The position numbers were made by a program, and so were the translations under genes. A stretch of DNA of 62,050 bases, counting the filler, from Sluysia triapertura (Eukaryota): NCBI GenBank assembly GCA_046118255.1. It is 5 parts of 5 records of this genome, joined end to end, with 100 filler letters (N's around TTAATTAATTAA, not from the genome) between each part and the next. Parts side by side here need not be neighbours in the genome. Positions count along the whole stretch, not along the records: positions 47,376 to 62,050 come from JBJNIA010252306.1; 4 more parts are not named here. The stretch is one strand, 5' to 3'. Within the stretch, counting starts at the first letter, position 1, and the number at the start of each line of letters is the position of its first letter. Positions 53,501 through 62,050 of this stretch are shown here, in pieces. The notes under the pieces were generated by a model. The model saw only the letters and a list, made by a program, of their open reading frames with translations, was not told the origin of the DNA and ran no database searches.

Positions 53501-54771
53501 TACAAGTGTTTACAATCGGCTGGCATTTTGTATTTAAGCTTTAGTTCTGTGTGATTGGCTGATTTTAAGCCATTTATCAACACAGAATGTGTGCTAAAGA
53601 ATTCGGAGCTCACATTAAACAAGTGAGGTAGTTAAGATACCACAATTTACAATCTCGGTGGATCTTAAATGTGACTTTTACATTTATATTTGATACTGAT
53701 AGAAAATGTGTATTACCTCATGCTGTACGTTGCGAATATTCAATTACGAAAATACTTATATAGATTATATAAACTTCTCTACTACCTTTTTCAGATAAGA
53801 GGTAGTTTGTTTATATAACTGTTTGTAATTCAATATAACTGTTTGTTTATGGTAAGTTACGAAAATATTTTTAAAACAGTTTTATAAAAATAACTTACAT
53901 AATTAGAAGTAATAAAAGATTTCAAATTCAAGAAGAATTGAAGACGACTTGCAACAGTATTACGAAATTCACGTGCTAATTGACATATTTCATTGTAATC
54001 ATCATTACTGAGTATTGGTTGTACGGATAATAAATACTGAAATAATAATAATAAATATTGTATATAAAACAACAGTTTGAATAGAAATTAAAATTTATTA
54101 ATGGCAATATATAGTGCAACACAATTCTTCCACTGAAAATAAACATTGTGAGAATAAATTATGGTGTTATAGAATTCTAATAAATATTTAGAAATTATAA
54201 AATATTCAGACTCAAATTATTACGTAAATATATTTATATATACAAATTTAATTTTAGTCACGTTTGAAGCTAATTTGATTTAAATTTCTGCATATACTTT
54301 TTGATTAAGTAATTATTAAAAGCTTTCAAAATGTTCACTTATAATTATATGATTTAGATAATTGTTCTACCGTAAGAATTTTCATATCAAAGCAAATAAG
54401 TGCAAACTCTAAGTGAAAAATTTACACAATTAGATTCACAAAAAATGTCCATAGCGGTCATGATCCATAATTGACAAGATTATATAAATGTTACTTTTTA
54501 ATGTAAAACAATTGCGATCACATTTTTCCAGATACATCACAATTCTGAAAAATACTCAATGAGAGTAAATTGAAGTAGGTTGTCACATTTTGATTTAGTT
54601 TTTCTAACAAATACTTCGAAATGTCGAAAAAAGAAATCACTAGGTCTAAAATCAGAACTGTATGAGAATTTGAAACGCAGTCATTTCTAACTGTTCAACA
54701 GTTTTCTGGGTTTTGTTGCTTGCATGAATCGGCGCATTGTCATGTAAGAGCCAATCGATGGAGTTCAAAGA

Positions 54772-54834
<63 letters not shown>

Positions 54835-57800
54835 TATTATTATTGTTTTTTAATGGAGCAATAATCCAGTGTCATAGGGTATTCATTGTTTATGCACATG
54901 AATTTTGTGGATTCCATTGCTTTCATTTCTTTAGACATTTTATTTGGTGTTACTGCTTCACGGTTGATTAAGAGTTACTGAAAATAACTATTTCATATTA
55001 AAATATTTAAGAATTTTCAATAGTCTTAAATCCACTTATGTAATTTGATTTCATTTCTTTCCACTCAGAAATATTTGTTAATAAACTTTTAGAAATTTTC
55101 ACTACTTGTACTACTTGTACTACTTGTAAGAACAATTCGGCTCTCATATTTATGAAAAATAAAAATAAAAAATATCAATTAAAGAAACAGTATATATCAA
55201 ACAAAAAGTATCAAATATAATTATTGTAGCATAATCATAACATGGATAAATTATCAAAACTTATCCATTTTTCTCAGTACACAAATGTTTGGATATTCTG
55301 AATGTAAATCAAGTAAGAGAAAAGCAACATTTAAAAAATAAGTTTTGTCTAAATAAAAAATAAAAATGTCTATTTTCTTAATATTTTATAAAATAATGTA
55401 ATTGTGTTAAGTTATTATTCAGTGAACAATATTTTAAGGTACTTTAGAATTACAATGGTTTTTATTATTTAAGTAATTTTACTTGATATTCTACTAAAGT
55501 TATGAATTCACCACGATAAAATGTTAATTACACTTTAACACAATGAAATTTCATGTCGCTTAGATCTATTTCATAACCATTTAATGATTCTTATTATTGC
55601 AATTAAGTAATTTATTTATTACTTTATTAATATTCTTTAAATTTGATTTATTTCTTTTAAATGATTCACCTCAAAATTTTACTTTAAATAATTTAAAGAG
55701 ATTTTCAATTTATCAGTTTGAGTTTTCCATTTCATTTCTTCATTTCCGCTTCATTCTGCGTGCTACCGTTATAACGAAAAATTGATTTGACTTACTTAGA
55801 AAATATAAACTACTATTCGGATTCACCTGTAATCAACGCTTTATATACCACCTAATGAAAGACACAATTACAGCATTTTATAATTTTAGTTTAGTTAATA
55901 TTTAGGTCCCTATTAACCCTTAATTTAAATCTCATCAAGACACCGTTTATGCTTAATCTATTTGATCCTAACTTTAATATAACAAACTAAATAAACAAGT
56001 GTGGAACTATAAGAAAAAAGAAATGAATAAAAAAGTAGACGCAGTTAGATGTAATCATTTGCACTTTATAATAAATATAATTACTTTAATCATTAAGGTT
56101 TTATCGTAATCAGAATTTCAGCCAAAATAAAATTAAAATTTGAATTGATTTTAACCCTTATTTTATAAGGTAAAACTTATGCATAAATAACTTATGAATT
56201 ATTTTTAAGATCCTGCGTTAGCTAAAAGGATTCGGAAATATGAACGAAAACAGCTATTGACTTAATCTGAACTATATACGTAAAACTGGAAATTACTGCC
56301 AAATTTGGTCAGAGTTAAACGCACATAATCGAAACACAACAAAATTTCACAAATTGATCTGAGCTAAGCACCTAATCGAAAATAACCGCCAAGAATTTAG
56401 TTACACAATAATTTCACATCAATTCTCGTTATTTAACGTAAAATGTAATATTGAGATTGTACTATTTATAAGTATATCACACCCATATTTATTACATCTT
56501 TTAAAAACCTTTTTTATTTAATGGCGTTATTTTTACAAGTTGTAGTGAACTCTAAATCAACACTTCACAATCATAAACACATTTCATCACAAATCGGCAC
56601 TAAACAGATTACTTAATTCATACAAAACATAAACACAATTATAATAATTTATAATTACCTTAAATTTGCAATTATTATTATCATATTTATTGTCATAATA
56701 GTATGGCTATTATCATAATTATTACCTCAATCATAATAACTATCATCGTAATTATAATAACTATTTGTTATAATTTTATCATTGTTATTATGGTAGCTGT
56801 TGTAGTAGCCACAATTATCTTCATTTGTTCTTTTCCGCATGTTTGTTCATCTTTATTCTTGTTTTACTTGTGTTATTATCAATTTCGATGACATACCAGG
56901 AATTAATAACACTGAAAATACGAAAATGAATCACATTTCTTTATTAGAAGTACAAGTCCTCGATGATTTATTGATAACCAAATGATCTTCGGTGTTATTT
57001 TATTCAATTTAATGTAAAGTAAATCAATAACATGTTCAAGGTATTAAAAATTATTGCTACAAAGAACGAACGAATTTCCTGATAAAATTACTAACACTTT
57101 TACTGTCATTCCATCACCCAAGGTATCAGATGTTGTCTGTAATAATTTCAATAATTTCAATTTTTTTAAATGAATAAAACTCGATAATTGAAATGTCATA
57201 TTGATGATATGCAACGAAGTTTTTCAGAAGATTATAAAGAAGACCATGAAATCTCAGTTAGGACCTCATCATTTCTCCAGCCATTTAATAAAATTAAGCC
57301 AATATGTGATATTATGAAATTATTAGGTGTTAATCAAAACGAAGCGCCTGTAACTAATATATATTATCAAACTCTAAAACCTGTCGATCGTGAAGCAGCA
57401 AAGCGTTTAGCAAAACGTTTATACGATTGTAATGGATTCAGAATAACAGACATTGCAAAGCATTTGTCTAAAAGAAATGATTTTAGTCAGATTGTTGGAT
57501 TAGAATTTTTAAATTTTTTTGATATTACAAATTTACGACTTGATAAAGCACTATGGCAATTTCTGAGCAAATTCACACTTGTTGGCGAAACGCAAGAACG
57601 AAAACGCATTATGATTCACTTTTCAAAACGATATACAGTTTGTAGTCCGTCTGTATATAATGGTGAAGACGCTTGTCACTTTAGTTTGTGCTCTGTTGTA
57701 TTACATAGTCAGATGTTTCTAAAATGTCATGCAGAGATTTTATAAACAACCTTAAAGAATTAGATGATGGCGAAAATTTTAAGTCAGAGAATCTTCGAGA

Positions 57801-60490
57801 ATTATTTGAATCAATTGAACAAGAACCTATCAAGTGCCCTGTCGATGATGAACTTGTAAATATTGTCCAATTGAATAATTTAGTTATCCTTTTAACAATT
57901 GTATCACAAGAGCTATAGATATTAATCCTCAACAATCAAATTCAATTGAAGTTACGAATGGCTCTATTGTAAAAAAAATGGTTAAAAGAACCTAGTGGTC
58001 GCAAAACATCATTCGCGAAGCACGGTTGGAGAATCATTTAACTGTATCAAGATCATTTAAGAGATTTAATTGTATATCCTTCCAATTCTGATTTAATTTC
58101 AAATACTACGACATCCAGTAATACTTTTACAATAGCTTGAAGTTCCACTTAAAAGTGTATCAAAAAGAGCAAATAATTTCATGATTCTAAAAAACCAAAC
58201 GAAATATGATAAATCAAATGAAACACAAGTTATTGAAAAACCAGCTGAAAATTCACAGGAAACAAATAAAGTTGAACATTTTGTAGCTGGTTCTGAAACG
58301 AGAAACTTGATGTTTAACAATCAAAGCGATATTGCAAATATTAATTCTATATCAAAAGTAGTAGAGATTACAGATAACATTTGGCGTGATTATGAAGAAC
58401 GAAGAGTTAAAGCAATTGAAGCACCTTTCTTAGATGCAGAGATTACTGATACAGAAACTAATCCTCAGGCATCAATTTCCAATATTCCAATTATTTTAAA
58501 TCGAAATGATAACACGATCGCAAGCGTGTTATCCATTGCAAGAAATCAATTATCCCATGAGAATTTTACAGTGCCCTTTTCAATCAAGTGATACAAGATT
58601 GTGCTTCAAATCAGGTTCAGCATGCAATTATTAACACACAGTTTATCAAATAAATGATATCAAGGCTGATACATTGTTATATGATTATCATCATCAACGA
58701 ATACAAAGACTAATTCAATCACTACGTTCTGGCAATTCAATCAACGTGTCTATATACAATACTACGCATCATAATGTTTATGGTGAATTACAGTTCCATA
58801 ATGAATCTGAAAACAAAAACATTAAAGTAATTAACAATTTTCATATACAGATTTTGACTAATTTAGATACTTTTCAGGATCCTACAAACCGATGAAGACT
58901 TGGTTGTGTATACAAAATGGGCTACGCCCTCCAATCAATATAACATTAATATAAATTTAAAAATTTTTATAAATATAAGTAATTCTGTTTGTATTATTCC
59001 TTATTAAAGTTTTAAAATTACAGTTCTTTTATAATGTAAGATCCGAATTACCAAATTCAAACAAAAAGATTAGTATAATTTTTATATAAGAAAAAATTCT
59101 GTATAATAGAAATCTTTATATTGTTGACCCCAACAATATAAACCTATAATTATTTAAATGAATTGTTGAACAATTTAGTGCTGTGTATTGTAGAAAAGTT
59201 TTTTTGCATTGGTATACTGGCGAAGGTATGGAAGTAGAATTTTCTCAAGCTGAATCTGATTTAAACGACTTAATATCTGAATATCAGCAATACGAATCTT
59301 TTACCTGCTGAATAAACTGAAAGTTTAAAATTATTTTGTGCAAAAATTAATATTAATAAATTATTAATAAGCCACCCAAAAAATTCCAAATTTGAGATAA
59401 AAATCCGTAGCAGTAAAATGTTCTAATATTATAACTATTATAACTATTTCATGCTTAGTAGTTTTAATCAATTTTATATGCGTAACTATATCAAATTCAC
59501 GCTTACATATGAATCGAAAATTGCTGCGTAAAAATAATGGTACAATTGTAGTCAATGCAGCTTTAAATTTATTATACGAGTTATGCACCTATGTTTTTAT
59601 TCTTTTGCTTTAGTTCTTAGTTTCATTAATATAAATTCATTAGTTAATTTAATTTGGGTCAAGTTCTATAATTATTTTAAAAGCCCTTAAAATTAAAAAT
59701 ACTGTTTCTAATTTAATTGTTAACTTAATTTAATTTTGTTAAAGTTATTATTACAAAATATTGTTTTGAAATTAATTGTAAATTAGTTTGTTAAAGTCAT
59801 TATTTTTCTAAACAAATGATTAATTTTTTGCTATTAATGAAGGCGTTGCGCTTATTATCTTTTATTTAATTATTTTTATTATTGAATTAATAATAATAAT
59901 AATATTATTACAACGTGACGCCTCTCTGGCATATGTATCTAAACAATAACCGGAGTAACTAAAGATCTGGATATTCTTTTGTTTCTCATTACTACTTTTA
60001 ATGTAACTTGTCATTAAATTCAAATTACAAAATATCTTTGTTTGGAGTACAATTATAAAAGTGCAAAGTTAATGACCACAGTTGCGTACACCAAGTCTCA
60101 AATTATATCACACATTTAGTCAACTAAAGCAAGACAAAATCAAGTTCTTTCTATAAAAATATTTAGAAATGTATAACTTTTGTCTAACATCTAGAAACTA
60201 CTATTCAATTATGTAAAATTTGTCGGCTTTTACATTTGTTTTCGTACTTACAATTGCGTCAAAATAACCTTAGTAGCAAATAATTTAAATTGTGTAGATT
60301 TATTATAAATCTTAAAGTAAAAGTAATGTATCAAAGTTATAAATAAACAATACAAATATATTACAATCATCAACTAAAAATAACTAACTCTTTGAATAGT
60401 ATCATCAATTTTTGGGACAGGTAATTTTGGTAATGAACTCTGATAACCGTAAAGTCGATTTTCTTTACTACTTAAAGCTTTTAGGCAACC
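48894..60490 (-). CDS. CPT1: Carnitine O-palmitoyltransferase 1, five internal exons: 60490-60389, 54036-53899, 50430-50257, 49354-49146, 49054-48894
   Basis: [24 protein letters not shown]|[54 protein letters not shown]; all GT-AG and in frame; both ends not located. Confidence 0.95.
51190..52010 (+). mobile_element. Tc1 transposase remnant in a CPT1 intron
   Basis: [51 protein letters not shown]; deletions and frameshifts. Confidence 0.88.
54510..54970 (-). mobile_element. mariner (DD34D) transposase remnant interrupted by (TTA)n
   Basis: [13 protein letters not shown] and [13 protein letters not shown] (YSPDLAPSD motif). Confidence 0.75.
54774..54844. repeat. (TTA)n microsatellite
   Basis: Near-perfect run. 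Confidence 0.95.
57188..58070 (+). pseudogene. PSD: PSD/EFA6 (Sec7 + start of PH) intronless pseudogene, antisense in a CPT1 intron
   Basis: [40 protein letters not shown]; frameshift/deletion before [10 protein letters not shown]; shifted PH start [13 protein letters not shown]. Confidence 0.85.
59150..59311 (+). pseudogene. TUBB: Beta-tubulin C-terminal fragment
   Basis: [47 protein letters not shown]; in-frame TGA, no acidic tail, no upstream gene. Confidence 0.92.
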
Positions 60491-61980
60491 CTAAAGAAAA
60501 ATGATTTTTTATGATTTAAATTACACAATAATTCATGGACTGAAAATAATGATGAAAAAATATTCCTTAATATTTGATTGTCGTTATATTATAGAAACTG
60601 GCCATCATCAATCGGCTTTACCATAACTAGCTATCAATAGAATCTGACCACTAATTTAAATAATTTGTTAACAAAATATTTAAGTCTTAAAACCGAAATA
60701 TTGCATTTATTGAATGACTATTGTTTTATTCTTGTTATTTGCTTTGTTTATAATAATTAGTATCACTGTTAATTAATATTTAATTTGGCTTAGTTCAGCT
60801 GCACTGTAAATAAATTCTAAATAATTCAAGCATATTTAATATTACATGTAAATTCGTCTTAAATTTAAAACCAAGTACTCCGCTCACAAATGAAGTTGAT
60901 AATCATCTACAAGTTATAACCATGTCACATTAAATTGCGGTTTTTATTTCATTCAGTTTTAATTTCTCATTGACAAAATTGTATTAAATATTATAAGTTC
61001 AATTAGTTTGTAACACTGGCTAAATAAAACGAATGCAATGCTAGAAAATGTTTCTATATGCTGAATGCCTTTATGGATTGAAAAATGCACCAGCATAGAT
61101 AACGATAATGTAAAAAATAAATTGTGTACTTTTATGAAATTCTTAAATAAATTGTGATATTTACGATCGAAATAAATTTATTAAAAATAACAAATTAAAG
61201 TCACTTTTGAATCATCCTGCTTTTTAATACGTTCGCTGCTAATTGCGAGTTAAATTTGAGCCATTTTGTATAAAATGTCTTGTTCTAATACTTTTTTTAC
61301 AAGTATTTAATTTTCGATATCAAATATCGTCATTTAATAACTTTTGGTCTTTATTAAGTCTCCAATGAATTTTTTTGAATTACTATTTCTAGAATTTCTG
61401 AATTCAAAGTACTTTCTCTTAATTCAGTCGATATATAAATGCCTACTTAATTCCAAGACTTTGTGTCAGACTCAAAAATTAAAATTTTCCTCTTTACAAT
61501 ATAAGCCAGCACATCGAAACAGGATTTACATATGGGATATTTACATTTTATATCATGATTCGACAATATTTGCAGGAGGCCACTTTCAGAAGAAATAACT
61601 TTAGGAGGGATGCACAATCCAAAAATTTTATAAGCAATTTTATTCAAATTTTATAGCAAAATAATAAACATTAAACTCTAAGAATTTAGAGTTCATGTAT
61701 TCCAGTGTTTTCAGTAAAATCGTTATCTAAAGATAATCTTTTTCTAACAATTAATTTCAATAATTATAAAATCTTCTGATAAATGGAAATACTGGAATAC
61801 GTGAACTTAAAAGTTCATATGATTTCTAAATTGATTGCTTTAAAAAGAACTATATGACAAATTATTTATATTACCACAAAATCCTAATGCTGAAACTGCA
61901 TTAAAGATGGCATTTAAAGATTAAGAAAGCAGAACCAGATGTGTAAACAGACAAAATTTTTGTTTTAGATTTTTTATTTA

Positions 61981-61983
<3 letters not shown>

Positions 61984-62050
<67 letters not shown>
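61984..62050. repeat. (TAA)n microsatellite at the window end
   Basis: Perfect run. Confidence 0.95.

Noticed and set aside
53624-53820. let-7-like TGAGGTAGT and AGAGGTAGT
   Set aside because: Only about 9 nt match and not on the 5' arm of a let-7-type precursor
61200-61920. Upstream CPT1 exons
   Set aside because: No match to CPT1 N-terminal or transmembrane motifs; multiple stops

Overview
Very AT-rich eukaryotic DNA from an animal (Nav-channel exon, GT-AG introns from 39 nt to over 6 kb). The window is not one locus: four artificial 100-nt linkers (N44-TTAATTAATTAA-N44) join five unrelated contigs of about 11-15 kb, so no synteny can be read across them. Apparently intact partial genes: CPT1 (5 exons, minus), CDK8/19 C-terminal exons with a polyQ tail (minus), the first coding exon of a voltage-gated Na+ channel (minus), and JIP3/4- or ARHGEF10/17-type propeller exons (plus). 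There are also three long orphan ORFs. Decayed host-gene fragments are common (ATP synthase alpha, PMCA, PSD/EFA6, beta-tubulin, a death-domain gene), as is transposon debris (Tc1, mariner, pogo/Tigger, piggyBac, hAT, Ty3/gypsy, CR1-like). The most interesting unexplained signal is a double-hairpin element found on two different contigs (11856-12033 plus; 35741-35907 minus). The copies share an 83-nt hairpin and a 29-nt spacer, show compensatory base changes and strand-biased G-U pairs, and each lies head-to-head with an orphan ORF. All homology calls are by-eye motif recognition; no searches were run.
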